Assembly (NCBI GenBank): GCA_963732395.1
Contig: CAVSZF010000007.1
Span: 761,571-825,570 of the forward strand
DNA from: an uncultured Spirochaetota bacterium
Lineage (GTDB): Bacteria; Spirochaetota; UBA4802; UBA5550
Length of the DNA: 64,000 nt
Direction of reading: 5' to 3'
A program made the position numbers and the translations under genes. The notes beneath the pieces are model-generated. The model made no database searches and was not told the origin of the DNA. It saw only the letters and a program-made list of their open reading frames with translations. Shown piece by piece: positions 19,872-29,816 of the stretch (positions are counted from its first letter, which is position 1; every line of letters begins with the position of its first letter).

Positions 19872-20636
19872 TTATTCATCGGTCCATACGAACCTGAACA
19901 GTAAGAAGGATATAACCGTAATAAAACCGGAAAAAGCAAGCAAAAAAACCGGCCCACTCCCTTGGGGGGGCATCGCTTCAAGCGTTGCGGATGTGAAAGA
20001 GATCGAGACCCAGAGCACGGGGAGGAGTACGGGAAACGATAGAATGGTAAATAGAGATCCCCTGCCTCCCGATTTAGCGACCATGGCTGCGAGAATGGTC
20101 GTGGTGGCGGCAATGGCTGCGCCACCGGAGAAGAGAACGGCGGCGAATTGACCGACATGGCGCGGGGCCATCCCGACAAAAAAGATAAAGAGGGGGGCGA
20201 CGATGATGAGGACCAGAGCCATGAAGGCCTGGTTGTAAATGAATTTTGAAATGAAAATCGAATCCACCGGTACGGTGACGCGTAAGAAGAGGGCTGTGCC
20301 CTGGTCAGTTTCCCTGACGAAAATATGGGAGAGGCCGTTCATGGCGCTAAAAAAAACAATTACCCAGAGAAGGATAGATTGCGCCAGCGGTGGGAAGGGA
20401 ATACCGCCCGCGGTCAGGCCTATGGCGGTGGTGACGATGATGGCGAAGGCGGCGGATACGTTCAGGGCGAATCGGCTTCTTAATTCGACCCGGGCGTCCT
20501 TTATGAGATTGCGGAGAACGTCATGAACCAAGACGAAGGCCTCCCGAGCAGAGTCCTTCTTCCGCGGGATCGTTTGTCGCAATGATGATGATCTTTCCCG
20601 ACCGCGAGGAATTGATATAGTCACCGAGGGCTTCAT
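19872..20636 (-). CDS. ccmB: Heme exporter permease CcmB
   Basis: Six-TM ABC-2-type permease in the ccmA-ccmC slot. The ATG at 20636 overlaps ccmA by 116 bp. An in-frame TTG at 20531 would reduce the overlap to 11 bp. The start is therefore uncertain. Confidence 0.75.
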   Translation of the reverse strand: MKPSVTISIPRGRERSSSLRQTIPRKKDSAREAFVLVHDVLRNLIKDARVELRSRFALNVSAAFAIIVTTAIGLTAGGIPFPPLAQSILLWVIVFFSAMNGLSHIFVRETDQGTALFLRVTVPVDSIFISKFIYNQAFMALVLIIVAPLFIFFVGMAPRHVGQFAAVLFSGGAAIAATTTILAAMVAKSGGRGSLFTILSFPVLLPVLWVSISFTSATLEAMPPQGSGPVFLLAFSGFITVISFLLFRFVWTDE

Positions 20637-21135
20637 TACCGGCCGCGTCGAGGCCGGTACTCGGTTCGTCGAAGATAAGGACAGGCGGATCGTTCAGGGC
20701 CGCCAGTACGATCTTCAGGCGCTGTTTCATGCCGGTTGAGTAGTTCCCGACCTTCGTATTTCCGTGGCGCTCAAGGCCGAAACGATCCAGAAGGGAATCC
20801 GCGGTCCCCATGTCCTGAATGTTCAGTGCAAATTGAATGTTTTCAATTGCCGTGAGTTCGTCATAGGGATTGACGAGGGGGCCGGTGTAGCCAGTGTGGA
20901 GGGACCACTCCGCGCGGGGGATATCCTCCCCGGCCCCGTGCGAAATAACGCCGCTGGAGGGCGCCTGGAGTCCGGCAAGAATTCGAAGCAACGTAGATTT
21001 TCCGGACCCGTTAGGACCCGTCACGCAGATCGAATCGCCGGTTGAAAGGGAGATGCTGATATTTTTGAAGAGAGGGGCCCGGGTGAATTTTTTCGAAATG
21101 GCCCTTGCCTCGATTCTGTATCGGATCGGTGTCAT
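20521..21135 (-). CDS. ccmA: Cytochrome c biogenesis ABC transporter ATP-binding protein CcmA
   Basis: Walker A GPNGSGKSTLLRILAG. ABC signature YSTGMKQRL. Walker B LIFDEP. 204 aa. Confidence 0.85.
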   Translation of the reverse strand: MTPIRYRIEARAISKKFTRAPLFKNISISLSTGDSICVTGPNGSGKSTLLRILAGLQAPSSGVISHGAGEDIPRAEWSLHTGYTGPLVNPYDELTAIENIQFALNIQDMGTADSLLDRFGLERHGNTKVGNYSTGMKQRLKIVLAALNDPPVLIFDEPSTGLDAAGNEALGDYINSSRSGKIIIIATNDPAEEGLCSGGLRLGS

Positions 21136-21193
21136 GCCTTCAGTGGACGGTAACGGGCAACCGGTGTTTTCAATAACGTCATGAAAACCAGGT

Positions 21194-22459
21194 TCAACGC
21201 CCGCCCTGGATACGGGCGTTGATGGTGACCCTGTTTGGAAAATTTTCCGGTATATCGATCGCGAAACCGAAGCGCTCGGATTTTGCCTTCAGTTCGTCGA
21301 TGAATTCATTGGTCGTTCCGGCGAAAAGAACCTCGATCCGGGCCGCCTTTCCGATCCTTCCCTTGTCCAGGACCTGCTGAACGCCCCGGACCCGGTTGGA
21401 CACCTGATCCCTGAATTTCTTCAACCCGTCATAATCGAGGCCGCTGATGAAAAGGGTAATCTGCCGATGCGTTGCTGACCTGACGAACTGCCTGACGATC
21501 TCGTTCATGAACGGGCCTGTTTTGAATTTTCCGGTCTGTTCATCCTGGACGCCCAGGATCATCCTGATTGCATTTTCTATAGCCTTCTTGGAGGCGGTGT
21601 CCGACTGGATATGCACGCCGGGTGCGTCTTTGCTGATGGCGGCCAGAGTTCTTCCGGAGTAGACATCCACGGCCTTGAGGCGCAGAATGGCAGATTTAGA
21701 TTTCATGTTCGCAGAGTAGGCGCGCATCGCACCGCTCTGGTCCTTGGTCTGGGCGGTGCCGATTATCAGCACCTCAGCGCCTACGTCGTTCAGGAGAAGG
21801 TTCTGCACGTCTTCCCCGATCTGCCCCGCCATGGCACGGCTCATCCGGGTGTACTGGCGTTTCATAAGGTTCTGTACGATCTGCGCATCGACGAAATCGA
21901 ATCCCGCGCTTATCATGCGCTCCTGCATTAGTATCTCGGTTTCCGTCAGGCCCGGGCGGTTCATGGTTCCTTCAAAGGTCTCGTTGATCAGGATCATAAA
22001 CTTCGGCCTGCCGTAACGATTGAGGGCGTCGGCAATCGCGTCCTCGATCACCGCGGGTTCCACCGTGCCTTCAATTTCGATACTATACATGCTTCCGTCG
22101 GAACCCTCCTCGATTATTTTCTCTTTTTTCACCAGACCGTAGGATCGTGCTTCGACCAGCATCGATACAAGCTCATAGTCCTTCATGATGCTCTGGCCGG
22201 ATATGGTGGAGCCGAGCATCTTTTCCACGAGTTTGTTTCTCGCGTCGTTAATGGCGCGATCGCGCGCGAGTGCAGTATCGTCATCGAAAATCGCGGCAAC
22301 TCCCTTTGCACTCCCCCTGAGGGGAGCGCCGGGATCCTGTTTTTCATCTAAGGAAAAGGTGTCACCCCTCTTTTCATCGGTCCTTGATCCCCCGGTTCCC
22401 GCGCAGGACAGAAAGGCAAATATAATCATGGAGAATAGCAGCGCCATAGACTTTTTCAT
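21194..22459 (-). CDS. Putative lipoprotein, unknown function, first gene of the ccm transcription unit
   Basis: Start set at MKKSMALLFSMIIFAFLSCAG (lipobox LSC) with a GGAGGGA RBS. The track's upstream extension lacks an RBS. 58 bp upstream of ccmA on the same strand. Confidence 0.6.
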   Translation of the reverse strand: MKKSMALLFSMIIFAFLSCAGTGGSRTDEKRGDTFSLDEKQDPGAPLRGSAKGVAAIFDDDTALARDRAINDARNKLVEKMLGSTISGQSIMKDYELVSMLVEARSYGLVKKEKIIEEGSDGSMYSIEIEGTVEPAVIEDAIADALNRYGRPKFMILINETFEGTMNRPGLTETEILMQERMISAGFDFVDAQIVQNLMKRQYTRMSRAMAGQIGEDVQNLLLNDVGAEVLIIGTAQTKDQSGAMRAYSANMKSKSAILRLKAVDVYSGRTLAAISKDAPGVHIQSDTASKKAIENAIRMILGVQDEQTGKFKTGPFMNEIVRQFVRSATHRQITLFISGLDYDGLKKFRDQVSNRVRGVQQVLDKGRIGKAARIEVLFAGTTNEFIDELKAKSERFGFAIDIPENFPNRVTINARIQGGR

Positions 22460-22855
22460 AATGGTCCCTCCTGATCCATATGCCGGTCGATGGGTTTGCC
22501 GCACGGCCGCGCACATACTGGTGTGAGAGCGCTCCCCTAGTCGAAAGCATCGACCTTTCTCCGGTAAGTATAGTTCCCGTCGGTAATTCGTCAATTGGTT
22601 TTTGGAGGGCCTGGCCATACGGATGCGGACCCTTGGTGTCACATATGGCCCAATGACCAGGCCTGGAGAGGAATGGCTAAAAAAAGCCGCAGGTAGTCAG
22701 GGTGCCGCATGAAAAGGAACCCGCACAAATGTTAATTTTTTATATGAAAGATCAAATTAATCGATATTTTTCATTGACAGGAAAAGACCCATATATATTT
22801 TTAATCTTCCGGTTTTTCAGGCAATTTTTCACATAATTTTAAAAAAGAGAAGATC

Positions 22856-23296
22856 ATGAAAGGGATTCAAAAAACATATTCGATGAAGGCGTCTGAAATC
22901 AGTAAAAAATGGTATGTCATCGATGCCGAAGGAAAGGTGCTGGGAAGGCTCGCGACTCAAATAGCCATGATTCTGAGGGGCAAGAACAAGCCGACTTTCA
23001 CACCCTATCTTGATATGGGCGATAATGTCATCGTAATCAACGCAGAAAAGATTGTGCTGACCGGAAGCAAGGCCGATGATAAAGAATATTTCAGGCACTC
23101 GCAGTATCCGGGCGGTATCAAGTTCGTGAATATCAAGAAAATGTGGAAGGAACGGCCCCAGTTCATCATCGAGCACGCCGTGAAGTCGATGCTTCCGAAA
23201 AACAGGCTGGGAAGAAAAATCTTCGGGAATCTCAAGGTTTACAAAGGAGCCGACCATCCTCACCAGGCCCAGACGCCGGAACCGCTTGAGATTTAA
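22856..23296 (+). CDS. rplM: 50S ribosomal protein L13
   Basis: 146 aa. The characteristic N-terminus (KWYVIDAEGKVLGRLATQIA) is L13. Confidence 0.95.
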   Translation: MKGIQKTYSMKASEISKKWYVIDAEGKVLGRLATQIAMILRGKNKPTFTPYLDMGDNVIVINAEKIVLTGSKADDKEYFRHSQYPGGIKFVNIKKMWKERPQFIIEHAVKSMLPKNRLGRKIFGNLKVYKGADHPHQAQTPEPLEI

Positions 23297-23321
23297 TTGA
23301 ATTTCGTATAGAGGAAACATT

Positions 23322-23711
23322 ATGTCCGATCGTTATTATGCAACCGGCAGAAGAAAGACTTCGGTCGCCCGAGTGTGGCTCACTCCCGGATCAGGTAAAA
23401 TCGTCATTAACAAGATGCCGATCAATGAATATTTCAGACGACAGACCCTGGAGCTGATTGTACGGCAGCCCCTCGAGCATGTGGGGATGATAGGGCGGTT
23501 TGACATCAATGCGAATGTCGATGGCGGCGGATGGTCCGGTCAGGCCGGCGCGGTCAAGATGGGCATAGCGCGTTGCCTTGTCGGTATGGACGAAAAGCTC
23601 CGGAAACAGCTGCGCGAGGGTGGATTTCTCACCAGGGACTCCAGAGAGGTAGAGAGGAAGAAGCCGGGGCAGAAAAAGGCGAGAAAGCGGTTCCAGTTCT
23701 CCAAACGCTAG
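23322..23711 (+). CDS. rpsI: 30S ribosomal protein S9
   Basis: 129 aa ending in [12 protein letters not shown], the invariant S9 C-terminus. Confidence 0.95.
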   Translation: MSDRYYATGRRKTSVARVWLTPGSGKIVINKMPINEYFRRQTLELIVRQPLEHVGMIGRFDINANVDGGGWSGQAGAVKMGIARCLVGMDEKLRKQLREGGFLTRDSREVERKKPGQKKARKRFQFSKR

Positions 23712-23734
23712 GAACCATTTATATCACTGGGATG

Positions 23735-23760
23735 AAAGGATGCAGGAATGCATCCTTTTT
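23735..23760 (+). terminator. Rho-independent terminator/attenuator hairpin after rpsI
   Basis: The 10-bp stem AAAGGATGCA / TGCATCCTTT with a GGAA loop is followed by a T-run. Confidence 0.5.
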
Positions 23761-23781
23761 CATTTGTGCCGGGTACGTACG

Positions 23782-24417
23782 ATGACTCTTATTGTAAAAA
23801 CGAAAAATTCAGGTGATTGTCTCCTCCTCGAGCTTGACAGCGGGGAATCGCTGAAAATTCCGCACAGGGTATCGGTACTCTACGCCCTGGAGGCGGGAAA
23901 GGTCCTCGGGTCCGAGGAATATGCTCAGCTTAAAATCGAGTCACAGCGCTACCGTTGTGCGAAGATGGCGCTCGATTACCTTGCAATATGCCCGCGTTCC
24001 GGGACAGAGATGGAACGCTATCTTGCCAGGAAGGGCTTCGACCATGATCTGCTCATGGAGGTTCTCATCAATCTACGGGAATCGGGATATCTCAACGATG
24101 CGGATTACGCCGCCCGTTACATCAGCAGCAGGCTGAGCAGAAAGCTGGTGGGAAAAAACCTGCTCGCGGGCGAGCTCCAGAGAAAAGGGGTTTCGCGGAG
24201 CGTCATCCGGCAGGCCCTGAAGGAATCAGAGGCCCTCCATGGCGACCCTGACGCCCTCTATGAGACCGCGGTGAAAAAATATGCATCAATAAAGCATAAA
24301 AGGAACCCGCTTCTCAAGCTTTCGATGTTTCTTCTCGGGAGGGGCTTTGACGGATCTGCAGTCACGGACGTCGTTGAGCGGATAAAGAGTGAAGAAAAGG
24401 ATCAGAGCGCTGAATGA
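23782..24417 (+). CDS. recX: Regulatory protein RecX
   Basis: Three-helix repeat protein. Motifs ALDYLA...RSEMERYL and RESGYLNDADYAARYI. Start set at MTLIVKT, downstream of the terminator hairpin. The track's upstream ATG lies inside the hairpin. Confidence 0.7.
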   Translation: MTLIVKTKNSGDCLLLELDSGESLKIPHRVSVLYALEAGKVLGSEEYAQLKIESQRYRCAKMALDYLAICPRSGTEMERYLARKGFDHDLLMEVLINLRESGYLNDADYAARYISSRLSRKLVGKNLLAGELQRKGVSRSVIRQALKESEALHGDPDALYETAVKKYASIKHKRNPLLKLSMFLLGRGFDGSAVTDVVERIKSEEKDQSAE

Positions 24418-24520
24418 CGGGACTTTTCCCGAATTATTTCCTTGAAAAATATATCATTGCTGTCTGGTATTGTTATCGCGGCCCCCTGAGGGCTATCATT
24501 CTGAGAGCCGGAGGCGGAAG

Positions 24521-27151
24521 ATGCTCACGGTAATGGATTTACGCACCTCCTTCATGGAATTCTTCAAGGAGCGGGGGCACCGGATCGTATCCTCGAGCTC
24601 GCTTTTGCCGAAGGACGACCCGACCCTTCTCTTCACCACGGCTGGCATGGTGCAGTTCAAGCCGATGTTTGCAGGGACCGTGGAGCTCGAATATACAAGG
24701 GCTGCCACAGTGCAGAAATGTCTTCGCACAAGCGACCTGGAGAACGTGGGCAAGACCAAGAGACACCTTACCTTTTTTGAAATGCTCGGGAACTTCTCCT
24801 TCGGGGATTACTTCAAGGCAGAGGCCATCGCTTTCGCCTGGGACTATTCGACCGGGGTGATCGGTTTTCCTGAAGAGCGCATATGGGTGTCGATCTACCA
24901 GGATGACGACGAGTCCTTCGACATCTGGAAAAACCGCATAGGAATGCCGGAGAAAAAAATAGTAAGGCTCGGGAGGGATGACAACTTCTGGGGTCCGGCG
25001 GGCGACACGGGGGCTTGTGGACCCTGTTCGGAACTCTATATCGACCGAGGGGACAGGTACGGATGCGGCAGGCCCGAGTGCAAGCCGGGGTGCGATTGTG
25101 AACGCTTCATGGAATACTGGAATCTTGTGTTCAATCAATTCAACCAGGACGCGGACGGCACGCTGGGCCCGCTTCCCCGCCCGGGGATCGATACCGGAAT
25201 GGGGCTCGAGCGCCTTGCGGCGTTAGTTCAGGACGTCGATTCAGTTTTCGATACCAACGAGTTCAGTCGCATTGGTGACTTCGTTCGTGAAGGGGCGAAG
25301 GCGGAGGTACGTGATGGGACGAGAATGCCGGTGAACATCATCGCCGAGCACGCGCGCGCCCTTACCTTTGCTATTGCAGACGGTGTTTATCCCTCCAACG
25401 AGGGAAGGGGATATGTCCTTCGCAGAATTCTCAGGCGTGCGATGCGCTTCAGTCGGCAGCTGGGGGTCACGGAGCCCTTCATATACAGAGTCGTCGATCC
25501 CATCGTTGACATTATGGGTGATTTTTATCCTGAACTGCGGGACTCGGCGGTGAACGTGAAAAAGGTTATCGAATCGGAAGAGAAGCGCTTTCTCGAAACG
25601 CTTGAAAACGGAATGGATCGGATCGAGGAGATCGTGAAAGGATGCCTGAAAAAGAAAAAGACGGTGATCTCCGGATCGGACGCCTTCCAGCTCCATGATA
25701 CGTTCGGCTTTCCCCTGGAAATGACGCGGGAAATTGCCCTGGAACATGGCATTGACGTTGACATTAAGGGCTATGAGGCGGAGATGGCGAAACAGCGCGA
25801 GCGTGGAAGGCAGAGCTGGAAGGCTGCCTCGGGGTGGCTGGAGGTTGCGAGCGAGGACATTGTCAAAAGGGCGGGCGACACGAATTTCCGGGGGTATGAG
25901 GAAGAAACGTTCCCTTCATCAGTGGAGTTTCTCCATGACGGCTCCGGGCCTGCGGAACGTCTTACCGAGGGACAGAGGGGACTTGTGATCCTGAAGGATA
26001 CCCCTTTTTACGGCGAGTCGGGCGGACAGGTGGGTGATATCGGCATTATTATCACCACCTCAGGGGCGGTGTTCAGGGTCGATGATACGAAAAAAATCAA
26101 CAGGACTATCATTCACGTCGGAGAGGTCACAGCGGGAGAGTTTTCCCTGACAGAGCCGGTGGTGGCTTCCATAGACGCGGTCAACAGGAACTTGATACGG
26201 GCAAACCATACTGTTACGCACCTCCTCCATACGGCGTTACGGAACGTGCTGGGGCCCCATGTGAGGCAATCCGGATCACTTGTATCCCCGGAACGCATGC
26301 GATTCGATTTCACCCATTTTGATGCCCTGAGAGAGGAAGAGATCGCTGAAGTCGAGGCAATCGTAAACGGGAAGATATGGGAGAACCGCTCCGTCACGAC
26401 CGAATCAATGAAATACGACGAGGCGGTCAAAACAGGCGCCATTGCGGTGTTCGATGAAAAATACGAGGACACGGTCAGAGTGGTGACGGTGAAGGATTTC
26501 AGCAGTGAGCTCTGCGGCGGCACCCATGTAATGAATACGGGCCAGATCGGTCTTTTCAAAATCATGCGCGAGGCTTCTCCCGGCGCGGGTATGCGGCGGA
26601 TAGAGGCGGTGACCCTGAAAGGGGTGCTCGACAGGTACAACAACATCGAAGAGACGCTTTCGGGTGTTATGAAGATCGTCAACGTGGCGGAGGCGGGGCT
26701 CCTCAGGCGGGTCGAGGAGATCGTGTGTCGCAGCCGGACCCTGGAAAAGGAACTCGAAAAATTGAGGAAGGACTCGCTATCGGGGGGCACGGACGACCTG
26801 ATCGCAAAGGCGCGGGAGGCCGGGGGAATCAAGATCATTTCCCATATGTTCAAGGACCGCGGGGTCGAGGATCTGCGTGAGCTTTCCGATGCGATTCGCT
26901 CCAGGGAGCAGAAATCGGTTGTCCTCTTCGGCGCTGAAAACGACGGTAGCGCCCTGCTCCTTTTCGCGGCGACGAACGCTGCGGTGATGGCCGGTATCGA
27001 TTGCGGGGCGGTAATACGGGACGCTGCAAAACTGGTTGGTGGAGGCGGTGGGGGCCGGAAGGATATGGCCCAGGCGGGAGGAAAAAAACCGGAGGGACTC
27101 TCTGAGGCGATCAGTCTGGCCGTCACCAGGGCCGAAGGAATGATCCATTAA
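24521..27151 (+). CDS. alaS: Alanine--tRNA ligase
   Basis: Class II aminoacyl-tRNA synthetase motifs. Editing-domain HxxxH...CGGTH (TVTHLLHTA, CGGTHV). C-terminal DHHA1-like region. Start at ATG 24521 after a GGAGG RBS. Confidence 0.95.
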   Translation: MLTVMDLRTSFMEFFKERGHRIVSSSSLLPKDDPTLLFTTAGMVQFKPMFAGTVELEYTRAATVQKCLRTSDLENVGKTKRHLTFFEMLGNFSFGDYFKAEAIAFAWDYSTGVIGFPEERIWVSIYQDDDESFDIWKNRIGMPEKKIVRLGRDDNFWGPAGDTGACGPCSELYIDRGDRYGCGRPECKPGCDCERFMEYWNLVFNQFNQDADGTLGPLPRPGIDTGMGLERLAALVQDVDSVFDTNEFSRIGDFVREGAKAEVRDGTRMPVNIIAEHARALTFAIADGVYPSNEGRGYVLRRILRRAMRFSRQLGVTEPFIYRVVDPIVDIMGDFYPELRDSAVNVKKVIESEEKRFLETLENGMDRIEEIVKGCLKKKKTVISGSDAFQLHDTFGFPLEMTREIALEHGIDVDIKGYEAEMAKQRERGRQSWKAASGWLEVASEDIVKRAGDTNFRGYEEETFPSSVEFLHDGSGPAERLTEGQRGLVILKDTPFYGESGGQVGDIGIIITTSGAVFRVDDTKKINRTIIHVGEVTAGEFSLTEPVVASIDAVNRNLIRANHTVTHLLHTALRNVLGPHVRQSGSLVSPERMRFDFTHFDALREEEIAEVEAIVNGKIWENRSVTTESMKYDEAVKTGAIAVFDEKYEDTVRVVTVKDFSSELCGGTHVMNTGQIGLFKIMREASPGAGMRRIEAVTLKGVLDRYNNIEETLSGVMKIVNVAEAGLLRRVEEIVCRSRTLEKELEKLRKDSLSGGTDDLIAKAREAGGIKIISHMFKDRGVEDLRELSDAIRSREQKSVVLFGAENDGSALLLFAATNAAVMAGIDCGAVIRDAAKLVGGGGGGRKDMAQAGGKKPEGLSEAISLAVTRAEGMIH

Positions 27152-27313
27152 GAAGAGGTCCGGCTAGAAACGATCCCGTTGCCCCGGTCATTTTATGCGA
27201 CATAACATGATAAAAATATTGACAGGTAGATTTTTCCGGTTTTATCTGTTCACGGACCATACGGTACACCTTCCTGGTCCGGCATGAGTTCCGTCAGCGG
27301 ATGAGGTGGTGGA

Positions 27314-27772
27314 ATGAGCAACTATGACCGATACTCGATATACCTGGTGAGGTCAGTTAGCCATATATTCAAGCATTTCCTTGATGATGTATCAGTGGAG
27401 GAAGTGTACGAATCCCAGTCGGAGGAAAAGGATCCGCTGGTGTCTGTAGAGATCGCCGGCACGATGGTCGGCGAGATCATCATCAATCTTCCGAAGAAAA
27501 CCCTCGACCAGATCACCATGAAATTCATAAACTCGAAGGACATCAGGGCGATCCGCAAGAGCCACGGAGACGTGGCCGGTGAACTGGCCAACCTGATCAC
27601 CGGAACCTTCGCGAATCAGATGCAGTACATGGCGCATGATATAAGGCTCAACGCCCCGGAATTCAATGACGATGCGATCGGGATGAAAACCCTTTATGAG
27701 AACATTAACCTTTCGTTCAACTCGAAATATGGTGGTTTCGACATTGATTTTTATTACAAAGAAAAGCACTGA
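27314..27772 (+). CDS. CheX/CheC-family chemotaxis phosphatase-like protein
   Basis: 152 aa. The GELANLITGTFAN block matches the conserved E..N...G active-site motif of CheX. No other che genes nearby. Confidence 0.6.
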   Translation: MSNYDRYSIYLVRSVSHIFKHFLDDVSVEEVYESQSEEKDPLVSVEIAGTMVGEIIINLPKKTLDQITMKFINSKDIRAIRKSHGDVAGELANLITGTFANQMQYMAHDIRLNAPEFNDDAIGMKTLYENINLSFNSKYGGFDIDFYYKEKH

Positions 27773-27792
27773 CACATAGGTGGAATGATCGC

Positions 27793-29619
27793 ATGTCGTC
27801 TGAAGCCTCCCTCGCACATATAGACATACTCCTCATCATCCTCTATTTCATTCTAAGCATAGTAATCGCCCTGGTGATGCGCAAACGAGCGGGTGGGAGC
27901 ACGGAGGAATTTTTCCTGTCGGGGAGGAAACTCCCCTGGTGGCTGGCCGGTACGGCGATGGTGGCCACCACCTTCGCTGCCGACACGCCCCTTGCGGTAA
28001 CCGAACTTGTTGCGAAAAACGGGATCGCGGGGAACTGGCTATGGTGGAACATGGTGGCAGGGAGCATGCTCACGGTCTTTTTTTTCGCGAAGCTGTGGCG
28101 ACGGGCCAACATACTCACTGACGTGGAATTTATTGAGCTCAGGTATTCGGGACGGTCGGCAGCTTTTCTGCGGGGTTTCAAGGCGATCTACCTCGGTGTG
28201 TTCATGAATGTCATCATTATGGGATGGGTCAATCTCGCACTGGCGTCGATATTAAAAGTGATATTCGGGATCGATGATGACCGGGTCATTCTGTATATCA
28301 TTGGCGCCATGGCCTTTGTCGGCGTCTATTCCGCGATTTCCGGACTCTGGGGCGTAGCCCTTACCGACGTGTTTCAGTTTGTTATCGCCATGGCGGGGTG
28401 TATCTTCCTCGCACACGCGGTGCTCGGCCTGCCTGAAATTGGTGGAATAAATGGCCTAATGGAAAAATTGCCGGAAGATCTTTTCCGGTTTTTCCCCACC
28501 GTCAGCGGGGTGCCCGCAGCGGCGACAGGCGTACTGACCATATCGGCCTCAGCATTTTTCGCACATATCGCCATTCAGTGGTGGTCGTCATGGTATCCGG
28601 GGAACGAGCCCGGGGGAGGTGGATACGTAGCACAGAGGATGATGTCCGCGAAAAACGAGCGGCACTCACTTCTGGCCACACTCTGGTTTGCCATAGCCCA
28701 TTACGCTCTACGTCCCTGGCCCTGGATCATCGTTGCCCTTGCGTCACTTGTTCTCTACCCGGGACTCGAACACCCGCGCGAGGGATACATTTACGCCATC
28801 AGGGATCATCTCCCCCCCGGGGCGCGCGGCTTCCTGATAGCCGCATTTCTTGCCGCCTATATGTCGACCATCGCAACGCACCTGAACTGGGGAAGCTCCT
28901 ACATAATCAACGACCTGTACCGCAGATTCGTCAGGAAGGACGCGACGGAAAGACATTATGTGCTGATTTCCCGCATCGCGACCATTGTACTTGTTGTTAT
29001 TTCGAGCCTGATGATAAAGGCAATGAGCAGCATAACCGGTGCCTGGGAATTCATTATTGAATGCGGCGCGGGCCTGGGGCTGGTGCTGATACTTCGCTGG
29101 TACTGGTGGCGACTCAATGCCTGGTCGGAGATAACGGCGATGATCGTTCCGATCATCGCGTACGGGAGTCCCCGGATCATCGCGGCGTTTATCAATCCCG
29201 GCGGGGAGTATGTCCCCTTCGTCCGTTTCCCCGAGAGTCTCTTTTTCATCGCCGGGATAACAACACTATCATGGATCATCATGACCTTTATAACCGCTCC
29301 GGTGGAGAGGGAGAAGCTGCTCCGTTTTTATGAGCACGTGAGACCCGGGGGCCCTGGATGGAAGGGGTTCACCGGGGCGGCAACGGGCGGTGCTGCGGAG
29401 GACACGGAGCCCCTCACCAGGCACCTTGTCGACTGGTTTCTCGGTATAGGCGTGGTGTACAGCGCCCTCTTTTCCATTGGGAAACTCCTTCTTCGGGACC
29501 TCGGTCATGGATTCACCCTTCTTGCGATTGCGGTAACCCTTTTTATCGTCCTCGCCTGGAGATTGAAGGAAACACCGGATCCCGCAAAAAGGATGCCGGG
29601 GGGCAAAAAAAAGGGTTGA
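27793..29619 (+). CDS. Sodium:solute symporter family (SSF) transporter
   Basis: 608 aa with about 13-14 TM helices. N-terminal SSF signature region (FFLSGRKLPWWLAGTAMVATTFAADTPL). Confidence 0.85.
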   Translation: MSSEASLAHIDILLIILYFILSIVIALVMRKRAGGSTEEFFLSGRKLPWWLAGTAMVATTFAADTPLAVTELVAKNGIAGNWLWWNMVAGSMLTVFFFAKLWRRANILTDVEFIELRYSGRSAAFLRGFKAIYLGVFMNVIIMGWVNLALASILKVIFGIDDDRVILYIIGAMAFVGVYSAISGLWGVALTDVFQFVIAMAGCIFLAHAVLGLPEIGGINGLMEKLPEDLFRFFPTVSGVPAAATGVLTISASAFFAHIAIQWWSSWYPGNEPGGGGYVAQRMMSAKNERHSLLATLWFAIAHYALRPWPWIIVALASLVLYPGLEHPREGYIYAIRDHLPPGARGFLIAAFLAAYMSTIATHLNWGSSYIINDLYRRFVRKDATERHYVLISRIATIVLVVISSLMIKAMSSITGAWEFIIECGAGLGLVLILRWYWWRLNAWSEITAMIVPIIAYGSPRIIAAFINPGGEYVPFVRFPESLFFIAGITTLSWIIMTFITAPVEREKLLRFYEHVRPGGPGWKGFTGAATGGAAEDTEPLTRHLVDWFLGIGVVYSALFSIGKLLLRDLGHGFTLLAIAVTLFIVLAWRLKETPDPAKRMPGGKKKG

Positions 29620-29816
29620 TGATGATTGCCGGATCACCGTTCGGGTTGTATTTTTAGGAAGAAAACCGCAAAAAATAAAACCAAGATGTTTTCGTGTTGG
29701 CAGAAAAGCGGAAAAAAAATGATTTTTCAATCTTTGGATTTCAGAAAGTTCATATTTTTCAAGGTGACAATAAACAGAACCTATGGGATTACTGGGGAGA
29801 GCCGAGGGATGAGGTG

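Noticed and set aside
22774-22802. TTGACA hexamer upstream of rplM as a -35 element
   Set aside because: No acceptable -10 lies at 16-18 bp (ATTTTT/TATTTT only), so I did not list it as a promoter.
26113-27126. 337-aa minus-strand ORF
   Set aside because: It is entirely antisense to alaS, whose frame carries unmistakable AlaRS motifs. Its Ser/Pro/Ala/Arg-rich composition is typical of a GC-rich shadow ORF.
27219-27247. TTGACA upstream of the CheX-like gene as a -35 element
   Set aside because: The best -10 candidates at 17-18 bp (TTATCT / TATCTG) match the consensus at only 2-3 of 6 positions.
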